From assembly GCF_004010195.1 (NCBI RefSeq), contig NC_057758.1, forward strand, positions 9,868,031-9,932,030: a stretch of DNA of 64,000 bases, written 5' to 3'. The position numbers and the translations under genes are program-made. Shown one piece after another: positions 27,198 to 38,900 of the stretch. The notes under the pieces are model-generated. The model saw nothing but the letters and a program-made list of their open reading frames with translations. It ran no database searches and had not been told where the DNA came from. Each line of letters begins with the position of its first letter. Within the stretch, counting starts at the first letter, position 1. This DNA is from Chiloscyllium plagiosum. Lineage: Eukaryota.

Positions 27198-27629
27198 CAT
27201 CTGCTCGGAGCAGCGCGTCCAGTGTTCCCTTGTCTAGAATGAGATCGAAGCTCTGCTGCTGGAAGCCTGAGAGATTCCCGATGTCCATTTGTACAAAATG
27301 CAGTTGGGAAGCTGGGCTCACAGGCAGAGGCAGCAGTGAAAACTGTGCACGCATTATGGCGAGTGCGATGGGAGAGAAATCCACACAGTAGACATGGAGT
27401 GGGAATGGACACTCACAGTACAGGCGGGGGCCCAGCTCCGAGGTGCCACAGCCAATATCTAGCAGCTTGAGTGGAGCCTCACTCTCCATGTCCTGCAGTA
27501 GCTGCAGGATCAGCCCCCTCAGTGAGGAGTATCCCAGGAACCAGTCAAAGTACTGGAATGGCTGACCTTGGCTCCTCTGGTAGATTGTGTCCCAGGTCGT
27601 TTGTTTCTGTAGGTCAGTGAACAAGTAAT
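27198..27629 (-). CDS. CSKMT: Citrate synthase lysine N-methyltransferase (METTL12), internal coding exon
   Basis: ttgcag|AT...GATG|gtgagt on the minus strand; FDWFLGY, LLDIGCGTS (motif I), VDFSP, LILDKGTLDALLR match CSKMT. Confidence 0.92.
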
Positions 27630-27994
27630 CTGCAAGAACAATACTGACTGAGTTTTCAGACACACACAACCCTGACACCTTAAGGAGGCCATTCAGCCCA
27701 TCAGACCTACACTGACACTTGGAAAGAATACTGAAATCCTCTTGTCCAATACTCTTTGGGACAATCACTTTCCTCCCATACTCTCAATTTTCCAAGATCT
27801 GTGTCACCCACATACAGACTGGGTGGTGAAGTAGGCATTTAGCTCACTTGCGTTCATTGCTCAGTCCTTTGAGTATAGGAGCTGGGGTTGTACAGGATGT
27901 TGGTGAGGCCTGTTCTGGAGTACTGTGTCCGGTTCTGGTTGCCCTGTTATAGGAAGGATGTTAATAACCTGGAAAGGGCTCAGGAGAGATTTAC

Positions 27995-28086
27995 CAGTAT
28001 CCACTTCGAGTGCAATAACAGTCGCAACACAGACTCTCCAACCAAACAATCCTTACATCAGGATCCTCGTCTGATACCTGCAGCAT
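27995..28086 (-). pseudogene. Duplicated fragment of the CSKMT last exon
   Basis: Matches 26411-26504 with about 3 substitutions and a 2-nt deletion; abuts a CR1 fragment on the left and the N-gap on the right. Confidence 0.85.
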
Positions 28087-28586
28087 NNNNNNNNNNNNNN
28101 NNNNNNNNNNNNNNNNNNNNNNNNNNNNNNNNNNNNNNNNNNNNNNNNNNNNNNNNNNNNNNNNNNNNNNNNNNNNNNNNNNNNNNNNNNNNNNNNNNNN
28201 NNNNNNNNNNNNNNNNNNNNNNNNNNNNNNNNNNNNNNNNNNNNNNNNNNNNNNNNNNNNNNNNNNNNNNNNNNNNNNNNNNNNNNNNNNNNNNNNNNNN
28301 NNNNNNNNNNNNNNNNNNNNNNNNNNNNNNNNNNNNNNNNNNNNNNNNNNNNNNNNNNNNNNNNNNNNNNNNNNNNNNNNNNNNNNNNNNNNNNNNNNNN
28401 NNNNNNNNNNNNNNNNNNNNNNNNNNNNNNNNNNNNNNNNNNNNNNNNNNNNNNNNNNNNNNNNNNNNNNNNNNNNNNNNNNNNNNNNNNNNNNNNNNNN
28501 NNNNNNNNNNNNNNNNNNNNNNNNNNNNNNNNNNNNNNNNNNNNNNNNNNNNNNNNNNNNNNNNNNNNNNNNNNNNNNNNNNNNNN
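28087..28586. other. Assembly gap (500 N); other gaps at 12631-13128, 18620-19024, 30473-31048
   Basis: Runs of N. Confidence 1.
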
Positions 28587-29089
28587 AGCATTAGATACAG
28601 AGTAAAGTTCCTTCTACTCTTTTAAATTGAAAGCAAAGCTTCCTCTATTCTTTTAAACTGCAAGTAAAGCTTACTCAACATTGTCCACATCAAATACTTG
28701 CAGGTCAGGATAGTACGGGGTTAGATTCAGAGTGAAGCTTCCTCCATACACCATATAAAATTAGATTCCAGAACTTGGTTTTTAAAAGTTAAAAATCACA
28801 CAACACCAGGTTATAGTCCAACAGGTCCCTTTGGAAGCATTGGCTTTCGGAGCGCTGCTCCTTCGTCGGGTAATCATTTTGTCCACCCCAGTCCAATACC
28901 GGCATCTCCTCATCATTGTTTTTAAAAGTGCAGCAATTCATTCCATGGTTTCTAAACCAGTTCTTTTTCCATATCAGTCCCAACACAAAAACAGAAAATG
29001 AAACTAGGCAGACTTTACAACTGGAATAATCCTGTGGTTTTGTGATAAAAGGGATGATGCTGGAGGAGAGGGGATCTGGAGCTCACTCA

Positions 29090-29685
29090 GAGTATTGAGT
29101 ATAGGAGTTGTGAGGTCATGTTCCAGCTGTACAGGACATTGGTTAGGCCACTGTTGGAATATTGCATGCAATTCTGGTCTCCTTCGTATTGGAAAGATGT
29201 TGCAAAACTTGAAAGGGTTCAGAAAGGATTTACAAGGATGTTGCCAGGGTTTGAGGTTTGAGTTGTAGAGAGAGTTGAATAGGCTGGGGCTGTTTTCCCT
29301 GGAGCATCGGAGGCTGAGGGGTGACCTTATAGAGGTTTATAAAATTATGAGGGGCATGGATAGGATAAATCGGCAAAGTCTTTTCCCAAGGGTGGGGCAG
29401 TCCAGAACTAGAGGGCATAGGTTTAGGGTGAGAGGGGAAAGATAAAAAAAGGCACCTAGGGGGTGGCATGTGTATGAAATGAGCTGCCAGAGGAAGTGGT
29501 GGAGGCTGGTACAATTGCAACATTTAAAAGGCATCTGGATGGGTATATGAATAGGAAGGATTTGGAGGGATATGGGCTGAGTGCTGGCAGGTGGGACTAG
29601 ATTAGGTTGGGATATCTGGTCGGCATGGACAAGTTGAACTGAAAGGTCTATTTCCGTGCTGTACATCTCTATGACTCTATGACTT
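29090..29685 (+). mobile_element. CR1/HER1-like LINE 3' fragment
   Basis: RT 3' end followed by a (CTATGACT)n tail. Confidence 0.85.
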
Positions 29686-29786
29686 TTTGAGAAGGGTCAG
29701 TGTCTTCAGGAGGGAAAGTGAGAAACGAAGGTCTACATTCATCAATATAACCATCTGTTTATTTATTACTTCCACTGTTTCCCCAG

Positions 29787-29977
29787 AAGCAGCTCAGAGG
29801 CCCAGAAGGTGAGATGCAGGGAGGCTGCACGATATCGACGTGACCAGGAGAGGGAGCTATTTGCTGAGCTTGCCTGTCAGCTACCCCTGCCACACCACAT
29901 CACCATTCACCTACAAAAAGCATCAGTCCTGAGACTGACCATCAGTCTCCTACACTTGCGGCACCTCTTACTTACAG
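29787..29977 (+). CDS. HIF-alpha exon 2 (bHLH)
   Basis: ccccag|A...ACAG|gtgagc; [63 protein letters not shown] aligns to the HIF bHLH; 191 nt. Confidence 0.95.
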
Positions 29978-32900
29978 GTGAGCCAGTCATGGTGATCACT
30001 AGCATTATCAGAGTCAGTGATTCAGATCAACTTCGTGTTGCTGTTCAAGTCTTACTCTGCGCAAACACACCCTCCTGAATAAGAAGTCTCACCCTTTCTC
30101 CCAATCCTGGGGGTATTTGTTTACAACATGCTTCAGTCCTGCTTTCGAGAATTGAGAAACGTCTCCAACGTTTCCTGTGTTTGCAGAAGCTTCAGCTTCA
30201 GTTTTATGAAAACCTTCAGGAATTTAAAGTCAGGCACAGCAGATAAGAGCTGAAAATGTGTTGCTGGAAAAGCGCAGCAGGTCAGGCAGCATCCAGGGAA
30301 CAGGAGAATCGACGTTTCGGGCATAAGCCCTTCTTCAGGAATGAGGAACGTTTGTCCAGCAGGCTAAGATAAAAGGTAGGGAGGAGGGACTTGGGGGGAG
30401 GAGCGTCGGAATGTGATCGGTGGAAAGAGGTCAAGGTGAGGGTGATAGGTCAGACTGGAGTGGGGGCGGAGANNNNNNNNNNNNNNNNNNNNNNNNNNNN
30501 NNNNNNNNNNNNNNNNNNNNNNNNNNNNNNNNNNNNNNNNNNNNNNNNNNNNNNNNNNNNNNNNNNNNNNNNNNNNNNNNNNNNNNNNNNNNNNNNNNNN
30601 NNNNNNNNNNNNNNNNNNNNNNNNNNNNNNNNNNNNNNNNNNNNNNNNNNNNNNNNNNNNNNNNNNNNNNNNNNNNNNNNNNNNNNNNNNNNNNNNNNNN
30701 NNNNNNNNNNNNNNNNNNNNNNNNNNNNNNNNNNNNNNNNNNNNNNNNNNNNNNNNNNNNNNNNNNNNNNNNNNNNNNNNNNNNNNNNNNNNNNNNNNNN
30801 NNNNNNNNNNNNNNNNNNNNNNNNNNNNNNNNNNNNNNNNNNNNNNNNNNNNNNNNNNNNNNNNNNNNNNNNNNNNNNNNNNNNNNNNNNNNNNNNNNNN
30901 NNNNNNNNNNNNNNNNNNNNNNNNNNNNNNNNNNNNNNNNNNNNNNNNNNNNNNNNNNNNNNNNNNNNNNNNNNNNNNNNNNNNNNNNNNNNNNNNNNNN
31001 NNNNNNNNNNNNNNNNNNNNNNNNNNNNNNNNNNNNNNNNNNNNNNNNCTAGAAGATTGGGAAAACTTTAAAGGTCAACAGAAAGGCACAAAAAGAGCTA
31101 TAAGGAAAAGTAAGATAGAACATGAGAAAAAACTGGCACAGAATATAAAGACAGATAACAAAATTTTCTATCAGCACATAAAACGAAAAAGAGTGGCTAA
31201 AGTAAATGTCGGTACTTTAGAGGATGAGAAGGGGCATTTTGTTATGGGATATGATGAAATGGCTGAGGTATTGAATAGATATTTTGTTATTGGTCTTCAC
31301 ACTGGAGGAAATAAATAACATGCCAGTAGTTGACAAAGAGACAAAGACAGGTGAGTACCTGGAAACAATCATTATCACAGAAGAAGTCATGTTGGGCAAA
31401 TTAATGGAGGTAAGGATAGATAAGTCTCCTGGCCCTGATAGAATGCATCCAAGGGTACTAAAGAGATGGCAGGAGAAATAGCAGGTGCACTGGTGGTAAT
31501 TTTCCAAAATTCGCTGGGGCAGTTCCAGCAGATTAGAAAATAGCAAATGTGATGCCACAGTTTAAAAAGGGAGATACACCAAAGATGGGAAGTTATAGAC
31601 TGGTTAGCTTAACCTCTGTAGTGGCAAAGATGTTTGAGTCTATTATCAAGTAAGATATAGCAAGGAATCTCGATAGAAATTGTGCCATTGGGCAGACACT
31701 ACATGGGTTCATGAAGGGCAGGTTGTGCTTAACAAATCTTTTGGAATTCTATGAAGACATTATGAGCAAGGTAGACAATGGGGACCCAGTGGATGTTGTG
31801 TACCTAGATTTCCAAAAGGTCTTTGACAATGTGCTGCACAAGAAGCTGCTGCATAAGATAAGGATGCATGGCGTTACGGGTAAAGTCTTAGCATGGATAG
31901 AGGATTGGTTGACTATTGGTCGGAATAGGTTGGAATTTAGAAGAATGAGGGGGGATCTTATGGAAACAAATAAAATTATGAAGGGGATAGAAGTAGGAAG
32001 GATGTTTTCAGTGGCAGGTGAAACTGGGACAAGAGGACATAGCCTCAAGATTAGAGGGAGCAGATTTACGACTGATTGGAAAGGAACTTCTTCACCCAGA
32101 GGGTTGTTAATCCATAGAATTCCCTGCCCAGTGAAGTAATTGATGCTACTTCAGTAAACATTTTTAAAGCTAAGGTAGAATCTTTTGAACAATAAAAAAT
32201 TTAAGGGATACAGTGAGAGCGCAGTAAGTGGAGCCGAGTCCATGAAAAGATCAACCATGAATTTATTGAATGGCAGAGCAGGACCGAAGGGCCGATGGAT
32301 GACTTCTGCTCCTAGGTCTTATCTTCTAAATGGGCTGAAAAAATAGCAAATGGAGTTCAATCTGGATAAATGCGAGGTATTGCAATTTGGGACAACAAAC
32401 AAGGGTACGGTTTTTACAATTTCAGCACCGCCTTCCTAACCTGCAATCTTCTTCCCGACCTCTCCGCCCCCCCCCCAGTCTGACCTATCACCCTCACCTT
32501 GACCTCTTTCCACCTATCACATTTCCGACACCCCTCCCCCAAGTCCCTCCTCCCTACCTTTTATCTTAGCCTGCTGGACAAACCTTCCTCATTCCTGAAG
32601 AAGGGCTTATGCCCGAAACGTCGATTCTCCTGTTCCCTGGATGCTGCCTGACCTGCTGCGCTTTTCCAGCAACACATTTTCAGCTCTGATCTCCAGCATC
32701 TGCAGACCTCACTTTCTCTCCACAGCAGATAAGAGGACAACTATGAGGAGAGGACTTGTCAACGCAGGACTGAGTGCATTGCACTTAAATGTGCACTGTA
32801 TATGACACAAAGTAAATGGGCTTGTAGCGCAAATTGAATTTAGTGGGTACGATAATGTGGGCATCACAGAGATGTGGCTGCAAGGTGGTCAGGGCTGGGA

Positions 32901-35900
32901 ACTAAATATTTAAGAATTTGCATCCTAGCGAAAGGACAGGCAGATGGATGGACAGGGAAGGTTGTATTGTTCATAAGAAATGAAACTAAATTGATAGCAA
33001 GAAGTGATAGGGTGGGAAGGTTTAGAATCCATGTGGGTAGAGTTGAGGAACCACAAAGGAAATCAAGACCACAATGGGAGTTATGCATAGGCCTCCTTCA
33101 ATATGTTGGTGAACTGGGAAAATCAGGTTAGCAGATACCCTGGGAAAGGAATTTGTGGAACGTCTATTGAGATGGCTTTTTGGAGGAGTTTGTGGTAAGC
33201 CCACTGGGGAGCAGGCAGTTCTGGATTTGGTGATGTGTAATGAGGCTGACTTGACTCAGGACCTCAACATGAAGGGACACTTAGGGGACAGTGACCATAA
33301 TATGATAGAATTCACCATTCAGTTTGAAAGGGAAAAGATTGGATCATAATGCCATTACAATTGGGCAAAGATAACTATAAAGACACAGGGCAGGAACTGG
33401 TCAGAGTTGATTGGAAGGGGACCCTAGCAAGGAAGATGCCAGAGCAGCAATGGCAGGAGGTTCTAGGAGTATTTTAAGAGGGCACGATAAGTCAACCATG
33501 GCTTACAAGGGAAGTCAGGGACAGCATGAAAGCAAAAGGAAAAGCATACAATGTGATGAAGATTAGTAGGAAGTCAGAGGATCATGAAGCCTTTAGAAAC
33601 CAGCAGAGGATAACTAAAAGAGCAATAAATGGGGAGAAGATGATACGTCAGGATAAGCTAGCTAGTACAAAGAAGAACAAAGAATAAAGACAACACAGCA
33701 CAGGAACACGCCCTTCAAGCCTGCACCAATACATTTTGCCCTTCCATAGTAAAACTGTCTTCACGTTTAGGATCCATATCCTTGTATTCCCTTCCTATTC
33801 ATGTATCCATCCAGGTGCTTCTTGAATGCTGCTATTGTGTCTGCTTCCATCATCTCCTCTGGCACTGCGTTCCACGCACTCACCATCCTTTGTGTGAAAA
33901 ACTTAGCTCACACATTTCTTTTAAACTAGACCAGCTACGTTTTCTTGCAAATCATTTATGCAGACCATGAACAGCAGACATCCAAGCACTGATCCCATTC
34001 CATTCCAAAAAGCATCCTTCCAGTACTACCCTCTGTCTCCAGTGACTAAGCCAGTTCTGTAGCTGTCTCACCCAAATACCATGTGACTTCACCTTTTGTA
34101 CTGTCCATGTAGACAACATCAACTGCTTTTTCCTCATCAATCATCTTCGTCACCTCCTCAAAAAACTTGATTAAGTTAGTAAGGCACGACCTCCCCCATA
34201 CAAAACCACACTGTCGATCACTAATAAGTCCATTTGCTTCTAAGTGCATATACAGAGGAACCTCAATTATTCGATTATCCAAACATCGGGTTATCCAGCA
34301 ATGTCCCAATGCTTGGCTAAACTATGTTATCCAGCATTTGACTATCCAGAATTCGATTAACTGAACAAAATACTCGTTGCCCGTGTCCTTTCAATAATCG
34401 AGGTTCCTCTGTAAATCTTATCCCTGAGAATCTTTTCCAATAATTTCCCTACCACCGATCTGAGGCTCACAGGCCTGTCATTTCCAGGATTATCCCTGCT
34501 ACCCTTCTTAAACAGTGGGACAACATTGGCTATTCGCCACTCCTCTGAGACCTCACCAGTGGCCAAAGAGAATACAAAGCTGTCTGTCAATGCTGCAGCA
34601 ATTTGTTCTCTTCCTTCCCTCAATATTCTGGGATGGATCCCACCAGGACATGGGGGTTTATCTACCTTAAGACGCACAACAGATTTTCGTTTTATTAGCA
34701 ACTTGGCTTAGAAATTAACACTCCCTTCCCTGAGATCATCCTCCAGCAATTCCTTCTCTTTGGTGACAAATAGTATTCGTTTCAGACCTCACCTACCTCC
34801 TCTGGCTCCACACGCAGATTCCCTCCTTTGACCTTGAGGGGGCTTTGTCCTTTCCCCGGTTACCCTCTTGCTTTTTATACGTTTCACATAAAGTACTACA
34901 AAACTAGGTTGCAAGACGTTTTTAGATACATAAAAGTGGATCTCAGACCGCTGGAAAAGTAGTAATGGGGAACAAAGAAATGGAAGAAGAGTTGAACAGA
35001 TACTTGGCATCACTCTTCATGGTGGAAGACACCAACTGCCTACCAGAACTTCAAGAGAGTCGGACAGCAGAGGTGTTGTAGTAGTTATCACTAAGGAGGT
35101 GCTGGGAAAGCTAAAACGTCTGAAGGTGCATAAATCACCTGGACTGAATTAATTACACCCTAGGGTTCTGAAGAAGATAGCCAAGGAGATTGTAGAGGCA
35201 TTGGTGGTGATCTTTCAGGAATCACAAGAGTCAGGGAAGGTTTCAGAGGACTGGAAAATGGCTAACATGACAGCCCTGATTAACAAGGAGGGGAAGCAGA
35301 AGACAGGAAACTATGAGCCAGTTTGCCTGACCTCATTCTTTGGTAAGAGTTTAGAGTCCATTGTTAAGGATGAGATTGGAAATGCATGTTAAAATAGGGC
35401 TGAGATCAGCATGGCTTCATCAAAGAGATATCACGTCTGACAAATCTGTTTGAATTCTTTGAGGAGGTAATGAGCAAGTTAGAGAAGGGAGAGCCAGTGG
35501 ACATGATCCATTTGGATTTCCAGAAGGCCTTTGACAAGGTGCTGCATAGGAGATTGTTAAAAAAGACGAGATCCAATGGTGTTAGGGGCAAGGAACTGGC
35601 ATGGATAGACGGTTGACTGACTGGCAAAAGGCAGAGAGTAGGGATAAAGGGATCTTTTTCAGGATGGCAGCCAGTGACCAGTGGAGTTCTGCAAAGGTCA
35701 GTCTTGGGATCATGTTATACATCAATGATCTGATGTGGAGAAGCCGATGTTGGACTGGGGTGGAAGGAGTCAAAAGTCACGCAACACCAGGTTATAGTAC
35801 AACAGGTTTATTTGAAATCACAAGCTTTCGAAGCACTGCTTCTTCGTCAGGTGAAGTGATTTGGATGAAGCAACCAAGGGCATTGTTGCTAAGTTTGCAG

Positions 35901-38900
35901 ACAGCACAAAAATAGGCAGAGGGAAGGTAGTGGATGTAGGTTTGCTCACTGAGCTGGGAAGCTGGACAGGTAGTGTTGAGGAAGCTGCAGAAGGACTTGG
36001 ACAGGCTAGGAGAGTGGACCAAAACGCGGCACATGGAATGCAATTTAAGAAAGTTTGAAGTTATCTACATTGATTTGAAGATGAGAAACATAGACTGTTT
36101 TTGAAATGGGGAAGCGCTTCAAAAACGTTTCAGGCCATGATCGAATAGTGCAGCTGGCTTGATGGGCTAAATTTCTTAATTCTACTCCTACATCTTATGA
36201 TTTGAGGTTTTATAGATAAAAAACCTTTCAATCTCTCAGTTACCCCAAGTCTGTACTTCTGCACTCATAGCCATGTTTAGCTCCAGTCTCTTACTTACTG
36301 TTACAGCTACAATCTGATCCGTGACATTTTCCATTTAAATTCCTTTTTTGGACTCAATCCTACAATAACTTCAGTGAGTTTCCCAATCAACTTCCGCATT
36401 CTGAATGAACATGTCCCACCTTATGAGAATGGAAACACATCAGCTTCTGATTTTCACCCTCAGTAATTTCCCTTCTGATATCAGAAAGAGACTTGGGCAT
36501 TCCCAGCTCTCCATTTCATGCCTTGGCTACTTAACTTCCTTTACTGTCACACAGCCTGCCCCAGGAGTGTTTGATAGGGACTGTGTAGAGGCAGCATTAC
36601 TGTGTATTTAACCCCTGTGTTGTCCCTGCCTTGGGAGTATTAGAGATGGACAGTGTAGAGAAACCTTTACTCTGTATCTGACCTTAATCTGTACCTGTCT
36701 TTAGGGTGTTTTAAGGGGACAGTGTCAAGGGTGCTTTGAAAATGAAAGCTACCATAGTTGCAGTGGACTGCTTTCTTGTTGGAGAGAGAGAAGCCTGGTG
36801 GTGAGCTAAATCTGAGGATCACCAAGCCTCCGGTGAGGGATAAGGTTGATAGAAGATGTTAGGTCTTCATAGAACCCTTAGCTATTAGAGGAATTTAAAC
36901 TACACTGTTAGCATCATTCTGCATGACAAACCAACCATCCAGCCAGCTGAGCTAACTACCTGACCTTACTCTGCTCTGAATGTGCTCTGAGATTGTCTGA
37001 TGGTGATAGCACTGAGGAGAGCCCCAGTCAGAGGGTCAGTGCTGATGCAGTGCTGAACTATCAGAGGGTCAGCGCTGAGGGGCCACTGCACTGTTGGAGA
37101 ATTAGAGCTGTGGAGCACCGTACTGTTGGGGGGTCAGTGCTGAGGGAATGCCACACTGTCAGAGGTTCAGTGCTGAGAGAGCGCCTCACTGTCGGAGGTT
37201 CAGTGCTGAGGGAGTGCCACACTGTCAGAGGGTCAGTGCTGAGGGAGTGCTGCACTGACGGAGGGTCAGTGCTGACAGAGTGCCGCACTGTCGGAGGATC
37301 AGAGCAGAGGGAGCTCCACACTGTCAGAGGGTCACTGCTGAGGGAGTGCTGCACTGTTGAGGGTCTGTGTTGAGGGAGCGCCATACTGTCAGAGGGTCAG
37401 TGCTGAGGGAGCGCCACACTGTTGGAGGGTCAGTGCTAGGGAGTGCCGTACTGTCGGAGGGTCAGTGCTGAGGGAGCACCGCACCGTTTGAGGGTCAGTA
37501 TTGAGGGAGAGTCGCACTGTTGGAGGTTCAGTACTGAGGGAGTGGGCACTGTCGGAGGGTCAGTACTGAGGGAATGCTGCACTGTTGAATTGTCAGTACC
37601 AAGGGAATGCTGAACTGTTGGAGGGTCAGTGCTGAGGGAGCACCATACTGTTGGAGGGTCAGTGATGAGGGAGTGCTGCTCAGTTGGAGGGTCAGTGCTG
37701 AGGGAGCACCATACTGTTGGAGGGTCAATGCTGAGGGAGCACCATACTGTCGGAGGGTCAATGCTGAGGGAGTGCTGCACAGTTGGAGGGTCAGTGCTGA
37801 GGGAGCACCATACTGTTGGAGGGTCAGTGCTGAGGGAGCACCGCACCGTTGGAGGGTCAGTGCTGAGGGAGTGCTGCACAGTTGGAGGTTCAGTACTGAG
37901 GGAGTGGGCACTGTCAAAGAGTCAGTACCGAAGGAGTGCTGAACTCTTGAAGGGTCAGTACTGGGGCTGCACCACACTCTTGGAGGGTCAGTATCGAGGG
38001 AGCGCCACACTATCAGAGGATCAGTGCTGAGGGAGTGTCATACTGTCGGAGGGTCAGTCTGATACAGCACTGCACTGTCAGAGGGCTAATAGTGATGGAG
38101 TGTTGCACTGTTGGAGAGTCAGTGCTGAGGGAGTGTTGCACTGTTGGAGGGTCAGTGCTGAGGGAGCGCCACACTATTGGAGGGTCAGTGCTGAGGGAGT
38201 ACCGTACTGTCAGAGGGTCAATGCTGAGGGAACGCCATACTGTTGGAGTGTCAGTGCTGAGGGAGTGCCGTACTGTCGGAGGGTCAGTGCTGAATGAGCG
38301 CTGCACTGTCACAGGGTGAATACTGGAGGAGTGCTGCACTGTTGGAGAGTCAGTGCTGAGGGAGCACCACATTGTCAGAGGGTCTGTGCTGAGGGAGTTT
38401 TTAAAATTCTTTTTATTCATTTGGGGGACTTTGGCGTCACTGGCTGGCCAGCATTGATAGCCCATCCCTATTTGTCCTTGAGAAGGTGCTGGTGAGCTGC
38501 CTTCTTGAATTGCTGCAGTTCACTTGCTGTGGTAGGGAGGGATTTCCAGGATTTTGACACAACGACTGTTAAGGAATGGAGGTATATTTCCAAGTCAGGG
38601 TGGTGAGTGGTTTGGAGTTGAACTTGCAGGGGGTGGTGTTCCCAAGTACCTGCTGCCCTTGACCTTCTAGATGGAAGTGGTCGTGGGTTTGGAAGATGCT
38701 GTCTAAGGATCTTTGGTGAATTTCTGCAGTGCATCTTGTAGATAGTACACACTACAGCTACTGAGTGTCGGTGGTGAATGTTTGTAGATGTGGTGCCAGT
38801 CAAGCAAGTTGCTTTGTCCTGGATGGTGTCAAGCTTCTTGAGTGTTGTTGGAGCTGCACCCATCCAGGGCAAATGGGGAGGATTCCATCACACTCCTGAC

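Noticed and set aside
27630..27768. N-terminal part of the 246-aa CSKMT ORF (and its tail 27028-27197)
   Set aside because: Intronic read-through beyond the splice sites; partly CR1 tail or minisatellite.
27630..29786. SNORA57-like snoRNA, expected from my recollection of the human CSKMT locus
   Set aside because: No convincing H/ACA structure in the visible sequence; it could lie in the gap.
36993..38465. Repetitive ORFs (VGGSVLREC.../[11 protein letters not shown]...), also at 41235-42040 and 42986-43399
   Set aside because: Translations of the 33-bp minisatellite.
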